From the IMG/VR virus record IMGVR_UViG_3300020367_000005: a stretch of 64,000 bases of DNA. One strand, written 5' to 3'. The DNA comes from an uncultured virus (IMG/VR IMGVR_UViG_3300020367_000005). Lineage: Duplodnaviria; Heunggongvirae; Uroviricota; Caudoviricetes; Kyanoviridae. Positions within the stretch are counted from its first letter, which is position 1. Each line of letters opens with the position of its first letter. Position numbers and translations under genes: made by a program. The notes beneath the pieces were generated by a model, which searched no databases, had not been told where the DNA came from, and was given only the letters and a program-made list of their open reading frames with translations. Positions 1 to 9,940 of this stretch are shown one piece after another.

Positions 1-294
1 GTCATCATTATGACGACCGAACGTATCTGATAATTTACTAAAAGAAATATAGGTATGCATACAATTCATACCCACATCCTCTATTACTGCTTCGTATATT
101 GGCATTATATTAGGTGGGACATATTGTCCTGTGCCAACTATTACTGGGAGAATTTTATCAGGCCATTTCTCGTTAGAATACCCCCAATCTCCATCTAATA
201 CATCTTCATCTAGTTTCTGGATTACATCATCCCATGTCACATCAGGAATGGGATAATATTGTTGTATAAATTCAACTCCTTCACTAGATAGCAT
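1..294 (-). CDS. Cupin/JmjC-like protein, truncated by window edge
   Basis: Manual translation MLSSEGVEFIQQYY...HTYISFSKLSDTFGRHNDD; the FGxHxD motif is typical of cupin/JmjC oxygenases; its start overlaps the talC stop. Confidence 0.55.
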   Translation of the reverse strand, partial: MLSSEGVEFIQQYYPIPDVTWDDVIQKLDEDVLDGDWGYSNEKWPDKILPVIVGTGQYVPPNIMPIYEAVIEDVGMNCMHTYISFSKLSDTFGRHNDD

Positions 295-1003
295 CTAAAT
301 CTCCACCATGTCTTAAACCTGCTGCATATGCAGGTGGTTGGAAGGGTTCCCGATTAATAGTATTCTGGACTTCTGCCCAATCAGCATCAAATAATTCTAA
401 TCCCTTATCAGTAAGCACATGCTTATATAAGTTACTGAATATTTTAGGTGGCATGGTAACAACGTGTGCACCATTCCAGAATGAGCGAGTCACCTTATAT
501 GCGTCACGAATAGATGCTGCAAGTATTTGAGTCTTTGCTCCTTGCACTCTATACACTTCACTTATTGATCTGACAACCTCCAATCCAGCCACGCTATTGT
601 CATCCAACCTCCCAATAAAAGGAGAGACGTACGTAGCACCTGCCTTTGCAGATAAGATAGCCTGAGCAGCATTGAATATAAGCGTAACATTAACTTTGAT
701 TCCCTCTTCTGATAGAATTTTACATGCTCCGAGTCCTTCTCTAGTGCATGGTACTTTTATTGTAGCAACGTCACCAAATTTCTTTGATAAACGTAAACCT
801 TCCTGTAACATTTCTTCGGCATCACCCACTACCTCCATAGAGATATCTGGTACACCAATGTCCTTTATTTCAGAATAGACATCCTCTGGATTTCTACCTG
901 ACTTCATAATAAGTGTGGGGTTAGTTGTTACCCCATCAACGAGACCTGTTGCAAACTCCCCTCTAATGATGGAAGTCTCAGCAGTATCGAGGAATATTTT
1001 CAT
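284..1003 (-). CDS. talC: Transaldolase (TalC/Fsa family)
   Basis: MKIFLDTA, GVTTNPTL, TIKVP, VNVTLIF and YVSPFIGR motifs. Confidence 0.97.
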   Translation of the reverse strand: MKIFLDTAETSIIRGEFATGLVDGVTTNPTLIMKSGRNPEDVYSEIKDIGVPDISMEVVGDAEEMLQEGLRLSKKFGDVATIKVPCTREGLGACKILSEEGIKVNVTLIFNAAQAILSAKAGATYVSPFIGRLDDNSVAGLEVVRSISEVYRVQGAKTQILAASIRDAYKVTRSFWNGAHVVTMPPKIFSNLYKHVLTDKGLELFDADWAEVQNTINREPFQPPAYAAGLRHGGDLDAI

Positions 1004-1131
1004 TTTGATTCTTGCTTTTTAATGTATGCACGTAGCTCAGGAGTTTCATCCCACTCCCAAACTGTTTTTCGGCCTTTGGAATCTGTCTGTGTCCACGATT
1101 TTCTTATGGTTTCTGATTCACGTAGTTTCAT
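1000..1131 (-). CDS. Small hypothetical protein (43 aa)
   Basis: MKLRESETIRKSWTQTDSKGRKTVWEWDETPELRAYIKKQESK; ATGA overlaps at both ends. Confidence 0.7.
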   Translation of the reverse strand: MKLRESETIRKSWTQTDSKGRKTVWEWDETPELRAYIKKQESK

Positions 1132-1394
1132 AATAGTTTACCTCCTGGAGCCATTTCAGATAGTGCTTGAGTGACATATGCCTGTGTCCCTACTGGGTCA
1201 GGTTTAAAATCCTCAGGACTTGGGATATTTATCTCTGGATTCTCTGGGTCTCTGACTTCAGAGGCCACAGGTGAGATTAACAACACAATTCCACTAGGAG
1301 TTGTTATCTTAAGGGTATGACCCTTAGATGCTAGAGATAGAGAGAAATCTACATTCTCTGCAAATTCTTTTTGGTCTAATGCTATTATATTCAT
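1128..1394 (-). CDS. Hypothetical protein
   Basis: ORF track; ATGA-coupled to neighbours. Confidence 0.7.
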   Translation of the reverse strand: MNIIALDQKEFAENVDFSLSLASKGHTLKITTPSGIVLLISPVASEVRDPENPEINIPSPEDFKPDPVGTQAYVTQALSEMAPGGKLL

Positions 1395-1594
1395 GCTGTG
1401 TACGTAATCATATCTTCTGGTATAGTCTCACGGAAATGAGCAAGAGTTTCCTCGAAACCCTCCATCCCCTCACCATCAAACTTCCAAGAAATTACCTCAT
1501 CGTATCCTTCATTGTCCATGATCTTTACTTCACGCTTTGAAATATTAACAAATACGTGTTCGAGGTAGGTTTCGGTATCACCAGTGATGTCCAT
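1391..1594 (-). CDS. Hypothetical protein
   Basis: ORF track; ATGA-coupled to downstream gene. Confidence 0.7.
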   Translation of the reverse strand: MDITGDTETYLEHVFVNISKREVKIMDNEGYDEVISWKFDGEGMEGFEETLAHFRETIPEDMITYTA

Positions 1595-1624
1595 AGGTCT
1601 AGTGTATGTATCCCATAGTATACA

Positions 1625-4321
1625 TCAGTTTAGCATAACTGGCAAGCCATATATCTGGGTTGGACCACCTGCACAACCTGCTGCGAAGTAACCTGCACCT
1701 ACAGAATATGATGCCATCCCAGTCCCCACCTGGTTTATCAAGGTACCCATAGGCACAAACTCAGAGATAACACCAGTTGGTGCTGCTACGAATGTGGCAT
1801 GGAATCCATTGGTACTACCTGCGAGTATATCTGCCATGGTAGCTGGTAAGGTCTGTCCAATGGACATCCTTATCTGTGTTGGTGGTGCAACCGCAGGGAA
1901 TGGTAAATCACATGTGATATCAATTATAGCACCTTTAACAAGACTAAACTGTCCAGTAATAGCAGCGAATGGGTTGAATAGAGCAATAAACTCAAATCTA
2001 CCTGCATTTAGGAATGATGTAATCCAGTTTGCTTGGTTGACTATCTCACCATCAGCAATGTTCTCAATAGTATTACCTTCTATCTTAACGTTTTGTGAGT
2101 TAACCATCAAGGACTCAATACCTGTCATGCTGACCTTAGCACCCTGTATCTTAACCTCACCAGTATATGCTATATCATGGTCACCTTCCTTTCTAGCAGC
2201 AGACTTCTGCTCAGTATCATCTTTTAAATCACCTGATAATTGAGGACCATTAGGTGTCCTTCCCCACTCATCAGCATCAGGTGGATATGGTATCTGATCT
2301 ATTGGATAGAAACCATCTGAGCATTTCTCTTGTAATGCTTTATTCCTCTTATAGAGTAAGAAGTTACCTCCTGACCCTAAATCATTTGCTTGTGACTGTG
2401 TATCAGAATCTACAACACCTGTAGTAACGTTAGTATCTACATCATTTACAGCACCACCAGTAGTATTCGTATCAGGTGATTTAGAATCTCCCTCTGAATC
2501 TGACTGTGGACCTTGTGAATGATTTTCATTCTTAGCACCTGTTACTTCCTCATGGAAGTTACCCATTACCTTAAGATAGAAGTCACCCTCTACTGTAAGA
2601 GTATAGTTACCTTTAATAGTCTCACACTTATCCTTAGCAATAATCTTAGTCTCATTGTTAGGTACATTAGTATGTCTATTACCCCATGAGTCTTCAAAAC
2701 TACTAACACCACCTGGACCTGATACTATCCTCTTCTCTTTACCTGGAGTTGCATCATTAATAATCTTACTACCATTAAGTGATGTCTCTGTCTGCATCAA
2801 CTGTGGGTCTATCTGTTGGAACATCTGGTCGATGTAACTGGTAGCACCAGTGATAGCAGCAGTTAATGAGTTAGCACCCGATATTACTTGATCAAATAGA
2901 CCATCAACATCTTTATATGGTGTCCCTTTGACTGCATCCTCTAAGTTATCACATTCCGTGGTACCAAGCAGAGGGTACCACGCTTTGGACTTCGGACGTT
3001 TTATCTTCCTCCCACAATTCTTCTTAAATAACATACCAAGAATAGCAAGAAGGATTTGAAGTAGACTTCCCCAATCTAATGATGTGAAATCAAACTCCAT
3101 AATCATACTGACTGTATCACCGAGTGCCCTTGCTGCTCCTGCTAATCCCTTAGCAGCACTAACAGCAGACATTACATCACCAGTAACGTCTCTAACACGA
3201 TTCATTGCGTTAGTGATACCACTAAGAATACGGTTGCTTAATCCTTTAACTGCACTATCAATCGCTTTACCTATGGTACTACTGGCTATCTTATCTACCG
3301 CCAGGCTCGCCATTTGGTTAGCGAAGTTCGCCGTATCACTCAGTGCTCCCTTCACCAGTCCTAACCACATCGGTGTCTTAGCACAGAATATATCAAATAT
3401 CTGTGTCAAGAATGACATGATAGTATTGATAACAACGATAGGTACAAACTGAGATATAATCTTAACAACCATACCCACCACCTCAGCGATGAGTTTAGCA
3501 AGCATCTCTTTAAGTGGTGCTAAGATACCAGATATACCTGAGCTCAGGAAGTTCATTACCTTACCAAGGTGCTCTCTCACCTTGTCTCCTGCCATCTTAT
3601 TACCAGTAATAACACTGACGAATCCACCTGGACCTGAGCCCATAGATGCTGCCATCTCACCTAACTCAGTTAACATCCTTGTTAGGTCAGTCTCAAATCC
3701 TTTACCTGCTGGACCTGCAACACCATCAGCAATACCATTAGCATTAACAGGTGGTTTGATAGGGTTAGTTACTACATTACCTGGAACAGTTTGCTCCGCA
3801 GTACTGATAACACCTCTTGCTTCCTCTACATTACCATCTGTATTACTAGGAGTAGTTGTCTGCACCTTAGGATAAGGGTGACCATCCTTCTGCTGCTCTC
3901 CTGTTAATGATTTCTGTCCTGGAGTATTAGTCTTCTTCTTCTCTGCTATCTTAGGGTCTGCAATAGTGGTATCAGCATCTGACTGCTGCTGTTGGAAACC
4001 TCTAAATGAACCCAAGACACATGGTAACTGTGCTTCTTCACCATCAAGGAAGAAACCTAGCACCCATGCACCTGGTTGTAATTCTGTTGTAGTACCAGCA
4101 GATTTAGTCTGTGGTTTATCACATGGTAGTAGTACAGTAGCCCACGGTAGTATCTCAGTCGGGACTTCTTTTAGAAATGCTTTCTCACCCTGTACACCAG
4201 TATACCACCCAAGAATACGTACCTTGACCCTACCTAACTCGGAAGGATCCTCGTTGTCCTCAACTTCACCTACCCACCAAGTGTAGGTGTCTCTGCCCAT
4301 GAAATCAGTCTTGGTTGACAT
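1625..4321 (-). CDS. gp5: Baseplate hub/central spike protein, T4 gp5-like
   Basis: N-terminal OB-fold WWVGEVEDNEDPSELGRVKVRILG...WVLGFFLDGEEAQLPCVLGS; beta-helix-like repeats IKGNYTLTVEGDFYLKVMGN. Confidence 0.9.
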   Translation of the reverse strand: MSTKTDFMGRDTYTWWVGEVEDNEDPSELGRVKVRILGWYTGVQGEKAFLKEVPTEILPWATVLLPCDKPQTKSAGTTTELQPGAWVLGFFLDGEEAQLPCVLGSFRGFQQQQSDADTTIADPKIAEKKKTNTPGQKSLTGEQQKDGHPYPKVQTTTPSNTDGNVEEARGVISTAEQTVPGNVVTNPIKPPVNANGIADGVAGPAGKGFETDLTRMLTELGEMAASMGSGPGGFVSVITGNKMAGDKVREHLGKVMNFLSSGISGILAPLKEMLAKLIAEVVGMVVKIISQFVPIVVINTIMSFLTQIFDIFCAKTPMWLGLVKGALSDTANFANQMASLAVDKIASSTIGKAIDSAVKGLSNRILSGITNAMNRVRDVTGDVMSAVSAAKGLAGAARALGDTVSMIMEFDFTSLDWGSLLQILLAILGMLFKKNCGRKIKRPKSKAWYPLLGTTECDNLEDAVKGTPYKDVDGLFDQVISGANSLTAAITGATSYIDQMFQQIDPQLMQTETSLNGSKIINDATPGKEKRIVSGPGGVSSFEDSWGNRHTNVPNNETKIIAKDKCETIKGNYTLTVEGDFYLKVMGNFHEEVTGAKNENHSQGPQSDSEGDSKSPDTNTTGGAVNDVDTNVTTGVVDSDTQSQANDLGSGGNFLLYKRNKALQEKCSDGFYPIDQIPYPPDADEWGRTPNGPQLSGDLKDDTEQKSAARKEGDHDIAYTGEVKIQGAKVSMTGIESLMVNSQNVKIEGNTIENIADGEIVNQANWITSFLNAGRFEFIALFNPFAAITGQFSLVKGAIIDITCDLPFPAVAPPTQIRMSIGQTLPATMADILAGSTNGFHATFVAAPTGVISEFVPMGTLINQVGTGMASYSVGAGYFAAGCAGGPTQIYGLPVMLN

Positions 4322-4339
4322 TTATATAATAGTTTTCTT

Positions 4340-4795
4340 TTATTTATCCAACTTAACGAAGAGAAATTCTCCATCCTCTTCAGGTTTACCCCAACGGAAG
4401 TCTCCTGTTGTAACATCATAACCTGTATCTATGGCACGATATTCACCTGGTCTGAATCTTATTTTTGAAACCAACCTGATTCCATTTTGAATACATTCTC
4501 CATCTGGAGTCCCGTTCCACCAACCATTCTTCCAAAGCCAGACGAATGGACAAGTATTGGAACCATCAATAAGATTATAACTTTCACAGTAGACGATATT
4601 TTCATCCACATGTCTCCACTGATAACGTATATTATTATATGGTTTGTCTTCACCCTTATACTTGTACCATGACTTAACCTCTAAGGTACCATGGTTAGGT
4701 TCAATTATTCTAATATCAATCTGAGGCCACGTGGATGGATTAGAGAATGCTTGTCTCTGATTCCTATAGTGACCCACCACTTCATTGAATCTCAT
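4340..4795 (-). CDS. cpeT: CpeT/CpcT-like phycobilin lyase
   Basis: GHYRNQRQAFSNP and DTGYD...FRWG motifs of T-type lyases. Confidence 0.8.
   Translation of the reverse strand: MRFNEVVGHYRNQRQAFSNPSTWPQIDIRIIEPNHGTLEVKSWYKYKGEDKPYNNIRYQWRHVDENIVYCESYNLIDGSNTCPFVWLWKNGWWNGTPDGECIQNGIRLVSKIRFRPGEYRAIDTGYDVTTGDFRWGKPEEDGEFLFVKLDK
4341..4348 (-). promoter_or_regulatory. T4-type late promoter (GATAAATA) upstream of gp5
   Basis: NATAAATA about 20 nt upstream of the gp5 ATG. Confidence 0.55.
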
Positions 4796-4935
4796 CTGAA
4801 AACAGCAGTAACTCCCATGACTGTAGCATTGGGATTTCTAGCAAGGGCAACTTTCTTTGCCTCATCATAGTCACGAGCCTGCACCTCTTCTTTGAATACA
4901 GTCCCTGCAACATATAATGTAACTTCACACTTCAT
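4792..4935 (-). CDS. Small hypothetical protein (47 aa)
   Basis: MKCEVTLYVAGTVFKEEVQARDYDEAKKVALARNPNATVMGVTAVFR; ATGA overlaps. Confidence 0.75.
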   Translation of the reverse strand: MKCEVTLYVAGTVFKEEVQARDYDEAKKVALARNPNATVMGVTAVFR

Positions 4936-5105
4936 CTATGTATCTCACAATATTTGCAATCATCACACTCATACTCACGTGAGTAGTCATCTAGTTTAGA
5001 TATCAATTGATCATACTGACGAATCCTCCATGGAGAGTCAGCAGTCTGTTGATAATGTATACACGCATCTCTTAGTTGGTGTATATCTTGCTCATTAAAT
5101 CTCAT
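4932..5105 (-). CDS. Small hypothetical protein (57 aa)
   Basis: MRFNEQDIHQLRDACIHYQQTADSPWRIRQYDQLISKLDDYSREYECDDCKYCEIHR; fills the gap with coupled ends. Confidence 0.7.
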   Translation of the reverse strand: MRFNEQDIHQLRDACIHYQQTADSPWRIRQYDQLISKLDDYSREYECDDCKYCEIHR

Positions 5106-5709
5106 CACATGATTCTGTCATAGTTTCAGCCATCTGACCGCCTATTTCTGCACCCTGATTTCCACCAAACATTGCTACCCAACCTGCTGCTAACCATCCT
5201 ACGAATGGTATGCCTGATACAGTAGGTGCAGCTGCTGCTCCAACGCTAGTGCCGACAAGTCTTCCAGTCTGTTCGCCACCACCGACTGCCTTTATACACT
5301 CTTCGGTTTTTGCACTGACCTTTCCCATGTCATCTGACTTACCTCCTGTGATAGCAAGTGCTGCGGGGTCAATCCATGCTGTAGGTGTAGAGACAGGTCC
5401 ACCATGGTGTACTGCTCCATCCATAGTATACTCCTCAACTGTCTTAACTGTGTTGTTAGCCAGTCCTAGGAATCCACCCTTCTTCTTGATGTCCTTGGTG
5501 ATGAACATCGTCTTAGGATCATTCGCTTTATATCTTATTCTATATCCTTCTTCCGAAACTTCTGCTTCATAGGTCGTAAAAGACCCTACTGGAATATCTA
5601 GGCTCGGCAATTTACTACTGTTACCTCCTCGGTTAGCAATAATACCGATCATGCCTAGATGACTAACGCCTATAGCAAGGCCAAGTCCTCCTGCAAACCA
5701 TTTATTCAT
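5095..5709 (-). CDS. Membrane-associated glycine-zipper protein
   Basis: N-terminal hydrophobic segment; C-terminal GxxxG zipper. Confidence 0.65.
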   Translation of the reverse strand: MNKWFAGGLGLAIGVSHLGMIGIIANRGGNSSKLPSLDIPVGSFTTYEAEVSEEGYRIRYKANDPKTMFITKDIKKKGGFLGLANNTVKTVEEYTMDGAVHHGGPVSTPTAWIDPAALAITGGKSDDMGKVSAKTEECIKAVGGGEQTGRLVGTSVGAAAAPTVSGIPFVGWLAAGWVAMFGGNQGAEIGGQMAETMTESCDEI

Positions 5710-5745
5710 TTCCTGTCACTTTGAGCTCATTATTATATAGCAATA

Positions 5746-5973
5746 TTAATCGTCGTATACCAAACACTCTGGTTCGTCAGGGTGTTGGTCGCAAAATAGT
5801 TCTAAAGCATTAGGATCGTGATGGTCACCACCTTCTATCTCAGATTTGTGGTGCTCTTGATACTCTATAAGGTCGTGCAACTCTTCTTTGTAGTGACGAC
5901 GTGCAGCAGGATTAGTCATTGGATCCTCAAGGATCTCTTTATCATGCTGTATGTGTTGCTCTATAGTAGTCAT
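5746..5973 (-). CDS. cp12: CP12 Calvin-cycle inhibitor
   Basis: C-terminal LELFCDQHPDEPECLVYDD. Confidence 0.95.
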   Translation of the reverse strand: MTTIEQHIQHDKEILEDPMTNPAARRHYKEELHDLIEYQEHHKSEIEGGDHHDPNALELFCDQHPDEPECLVYDD

Positions 5974-5993
5974 AAGTTTTTACCTCCTTGTAA

Positions 5994-7439
5994 CTATTTA
6001 GGCAAAGAGTCCCTAATTAACAGCAATTCAGTACTAAGACCTTCTTTTTCATAGGTATGTGTTAGAGCCGCAACAACATATAATCCTGAAAACTTCTTGT
6101 CTTGTTTGACTGTAGTATCAGATTCTTGTCGTGAAGCTGGAATGATTACCTTGATTTTATATCCTGCACCTATCCCTGTATTACCTGGTATCTTTACCTT
6201 TAACTGTATCGATTTAAGTAAATTATACCTCCCACTAGCATATTGTGCAACTGCCATCGCATCTATGTCAGGGTTTCCACCCGTACCAACATTAGTCTTT
6301 CCAGGTGGTAACTTAGTACCTTTAGGTTGATTCTTCATACCAGGAAGAGCACGGAGTTTCATCCTAGTAGGTTGACTGTTATCAAAAAACTCTGGTAACT
6401 TATAAGGTGGTACCTTCTCTACAGTAGTTGCCTTACCAAATATACCCATCATCTCAATCTCGAATGCCTGACCAACGGTACCACCTGGGGACGTTGTATT
6501 ATCACTGACGTTATCACTACCACCATCACCTGACTTACTACCTGAAGTGGGAGTGAAACTAGCAGACTGCACTGGTAATGCTATACCTATAGCAGCAGAC
6601 TTATATGTACCCCTCCTCATATTCTGAAGATGATTTGCTTTATCTGGATAGTCTATAGATTCAATACCATAAACACCACCATCAGCAGGGTCAGTACCTG
6701 GCTGCACGTAAGTATAGGTGTAGATATATTTGGTAGCACCACCATCAGCAATGGAGTCTATAGATTTAAAATTAAACCCATTCCTATTCTCAAAGAATAA
6801 GTATCCAGACTGTTTAACAGCCCCTTTACTACCAGTCAACCTAGTTACCTTATCAGTCATGTATGCTATAGCATCACTAGGTTTCCAGTTACATGATATG
6901 TAAGTAATCTTAGAATGATTCTCAAAGTTTTCAGATACTGCCTTCTTACCTGCCTTTAGATACTCCTTACAGATATGCAGAGGAATATTCTCTACATCCT
7001 TAGACCCTTTACCTGGACCAAATGCTTTTAATATCTTAGTCATTTCATCATGGAACATCTCAGGAGATACACAATACAGATTATACATCTGTCCTCTCTC
7101 AGACTTAATGATGTCACCTATCTTATAGACCTGTAACTTTACCTGTAGAGGTATCCTCTTAGGATCCTTTGCTCCTTCTTCAGAGATTGCACTAGCAGTC
7201 TCTATATCCAATTCTATTGTCTCTGCACCCTGCAATAACTCATTGAAATCTATTGCATCTATCATAGTAAACTCAGCACGTAAGAATGATGATTCTATTG
7301 ACTCATAGTATTTAAACTGAGCCACCATGTCCCTGATATCATAGACATCATCGTTCATCATGGTAATCTGCATCTTAGTGATTACCATCTCAGCATTGTT
7401 ACGAGCTGGTGCGTAGGTTGTCTTCTTTACCTGTGACAT
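5994..7439 (-). CDS. Baseplate hub protein (gp27/late control D-like)
   Basis: YLFFENRNGFNFKSIDS and DKKFSGLYVVAALTHTY motifs; position next to the tape-measure-like genes. Confidence 0.65.
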   Translation of the reverse strand: MSQVKKTTYAPARNNAEMVITKMQITMMNDDVYDIRDMVAQFKYYESIESSFLRAEFTMIDAIDFNELLQGAETIELDIETASAISEEGAKDPKRIPLQVKLQVYKIGDIIKSERGQMYNLYCVSPEMFHDEMTKILKAFGPGKGSKDVENIPLHICKEYLKAGKKAVSENFENHSKITYISCNWKPSDAIAYMTDKVTRLTGSKGAVKQSGYLFFENRNGFNFKSIDSIADGGATKYIYTYTYVQPGTDPADGGVYGIESIDYPDKANHLQNMRRGTYKSAAIGIALPVQSASFTPTSGSKSGDGGSDNVSDNTTSPGGTVGQAFEIEMMGIFGKATTVEKVPPYKLPEFFDNSQPTRMKLRALPGMKNQPKGTKLPPGKTNVGTGGNPDIDAMAVAQYASGRYNLLKSIQLKVKIPGNTGIGAGYKIKVIIPASRQESDTTVKQDKKFSGLYVVAALTHTYEKEGLSTELLLIRDSLPK

Positions 7440-9937
7440 TACATTAACTCCACGGGCTCAGTCATAGCATCAGCAATGACCCCAAACTTAGGTCTAACGA
7501 ATTTATCTGAGTCTAAATGTTTCTTACCTGGAAGTACAATTGCTTGCTGCTTACCTGCACCACCTAGAGTAATAGGTTCCCCACTCTCATTAATAGTATA
7601 ATTCTCAGGGTTATGCATAGCACCATGTATCTTCTGGAACTTCTCTACCTGTTTCTTAATTCTTGCTTCATTGATCTGGTTACCAACATTATCCTTTAAT
7701 CTCTTAGCACCATCCAGAACATTACCACGTCCATCCAGATCAAACAGATTACCAGTCATCATGTCAGCAGCACCTGCCATCCATCTCATCAGACCACCAG
7801 GTTTTCCTTCCTCATTCTTCTGATTTATTACATTCTTTATACCATCCTTCATGTCACCACGTTTGTCAAAATCAAACGCATTACCAGTTAACATATCAGC
7901 ATACCCTGCTAGGACTCTCTTCATCCCAGTAGGTCTGTCTTCACCTTTAGGTTTACTTACCTTCTTAACTATAGCAACAGTGCCACCCTGTGCAAATGAT
8001 GGAGCAAGTTTATCAACATTGACATTATATACAGGTCCACCTATGGAATAAGGTAAACTATACCCACCTCTAGCAGCTTCACCCATTCTCCGACTGGTGA
8101 GAGAACTATCCTTTCTTGTAGCAGGAGTGTCGAATGGTACCACAAATGCTCTACCACCTGACTTTCTTCCTACCCACTCTTTACCATGCCCAATGAATGA
8201 GGTTTGCTTACCATCTAATGATACTGGGTAACCAGACTGAGGACCATTAATCCATCCACCCTTGGCGAAATCCATATCACCATACTTCTCTTTTGCTTGT
8301 TCTGATGTTAATATTTCCCATCCACCATTCGCTCTATTTGCTTCGAGACGTGCTATCTGATCTTCATACACCTTTCTTTCTTCATCATCCATACCACGAT
8401 GCATTCTCATCCTAACCTTAGCAATCCTTAGATCAGTCTCCTTATCGGCAGTCATATCACCAGTATACTCTCGCTTCCCTGTCTCTGGATTAAAGGATGC
8501 GGTACCCTTGCTACTGCTCTTAGTTACTGTCGTGTCTGTCTGTGTTTCTTCTCCTCCACCACCTACTTCATCCTTAGGACCTGCGTCCTTCATAAAGAAT
8601 TTCATAATAGCAGTCAATGCTTTCATACCCATTATCAGTGGGAAGAACATTACTTTAAAACCTGTACCTAATATCTTAGTAATGAGTGGCATATGTGGTT
8701 CAATTGCTGCCAATATCTTCGACATAAAAGCACCAAGAGTCTTGAAGAACTGCTCAAAAGGTTCCTTTATCTGTCCTATGACATCATTAAATACCTTACT
8801 GACCATACCAAACCATTCTTTCAATGGTCCGATAATGGGTTCTAGCATCTTACCGATACCCTTACCTATCTTACTTCCCGCTAATCCTCCAAGTGCTCCA
8901 CCTATTGCTCCCGCACCTGGAATACCAGTAGCAGCACCAAGTTTAGCACCGATCATCTGACCTGCACCCGCACCAACACCCGCACCAACTGCTTCTGCTC
9001 CACTACCACCTGCTGCTAACGTTGCCATTGCAGCACCAGTACCAACTAGAGCTCCGTTAAGAAGTTTACCATACTTACCAACAGAAAACTTTCGCATCTT
9101 CTGTCCTGCCTTGGTAAATTTCATCATGTTCATGATGCCCTTACCTAGGGATCCAACCACCCACTTCAATGCTTTAAGTGTTGCTAGTGGTTTCTTAAGG
9201 AATGCAAACCCTAAGAATATAGGTGCAGCACCTATTAAAAACTGTGCAAGACCAAAGATACCTTTAAGACTTATAGGATTCTCTAAGAATTTTGTAATAC
9301 CATCCAGAGCTGTCCCTGCTGACCATGCTAGTACATTATATACAAACTTACCTATAGCAGCAAACCCCTGAGCAAGTTTCTGGACTTTATCTGGATTCTT
9401 ACTCACCCAATCTAGTATCTTATATCCTAGTAATAAAGGTATAGCCCAACGTATTAATTTTAAGAGTCCACCAAACAGTCCACCTATCCCTGCTTTAGCA
9501 CCCTCCTTGAACATCGTCTTGATCTTCTTAAAGAGTGGTTGCTTACCTTCATTATTCTTCTCTGTCTCTTCTCTGGCTAAAAGTTTTCTTCTCTTCTCTT
9601 CTGCTTTCTCTCTATCTGTCTCTCTCTTAAGTTTTAACCTCTTATACTTGTCTTCTTTCTTAGTGAGAGCAGCATTATCTGATATCTGTGACTTAATACT
9701 ATCTCTCCATCCCTCTAACATGTTCTGGGAATTGATAGAGATACTGTTCAGGGTAGCACCAAGGGAGTTAAGACCCCTTGTCATCGCACCCATACCTGTA
9801 TTAAAAGACTTCTTAAACTTACCCATCTCAGCAGCTGCTGTTAGGGGAGTATATTTTGTAGCACCAGAAGTTGCACCCTTATAAGATATCATCTTATAGA
9901 GTGTTGCCTTTTGTACTTTAACTGCGGGTGTTGCCAT
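7439..9937 (-). CDS. Tape-measure-like tail protein (paralog 2)
   Basis: Coiled coil, long amphipathic/TM stretch, glycine zippers, FAKGGWINGPQSGYPV motif. Confidence 0.6.
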   Translation of the reverse strand: MATPAVKVQKATLYKMISYKGATSGATKYTPLTAAAEMGKFKKSFNTGMGAMTRGLNSLGATLNSISINSQNMLEGWRDSIKSQISDNAALTKKEDKYKRLKLKRETDREKAEEKRRKLLAREETEKNNEGKQPLFKKIKTMFKEGAKAGIGGLFGGLLKLIRWAIPLLLGYKILDWVSKNPDKVQKLAQGFAAIGKFVYNVLAWSAGTALDGITKFLENPISLKGIFGLAQFLIGAAPIFLGFAFLKKPLATLKALKWVVGSLGKGIMNMMKFTKAGQKMRKFSVGKYGKLLNGALVGTGAAMATLAAGGSGAEAVGAGVGAGAGQMIGAKLGAATGIPGAGAIGGALGGLAGSKIGKGIGKMLEPIIGPLKEWFGMVSKVFNDVIGQIKEPFEQFFKTLGAFMSKILAAIEPHMPLITKILGTGFKVMFFPLIMGMKALTAIMKFFMKDAGPKDEVGGGGEETQTDTTVTKSSSKGTASFNPETGKREYTGDMTADKETDLRIAKVRMRMHRGMDDEERKVYEDQIARLEANRANGGWEILTSEQAKEKYGDMDFAKGGWINGPQSGYPVSLDGKQTSFIGHGKEWVGRKSGGRAFVVPFDTPATRKDSSLTSRRMGEAARGGYSLPYSIGGPVYNVNVDKLAPSFAQGGTVAIVKKVSKPKGEDRPTGMKRVLAGYADMLTGNAFDFDKRGDMKDGIKNVINQKNEEGKPGGLMRWMAGAADMMTGNLFDLDGRGNVLDGAKRLKDNVGNQINEARIKKQVEKFQKIHGAMHNPENYTINESGEPITLGGAGKQQAIVLPGKKHLDSDKFVRPKFGVIADAMTEPVELM

Positions 9938-9940
9938 CTA

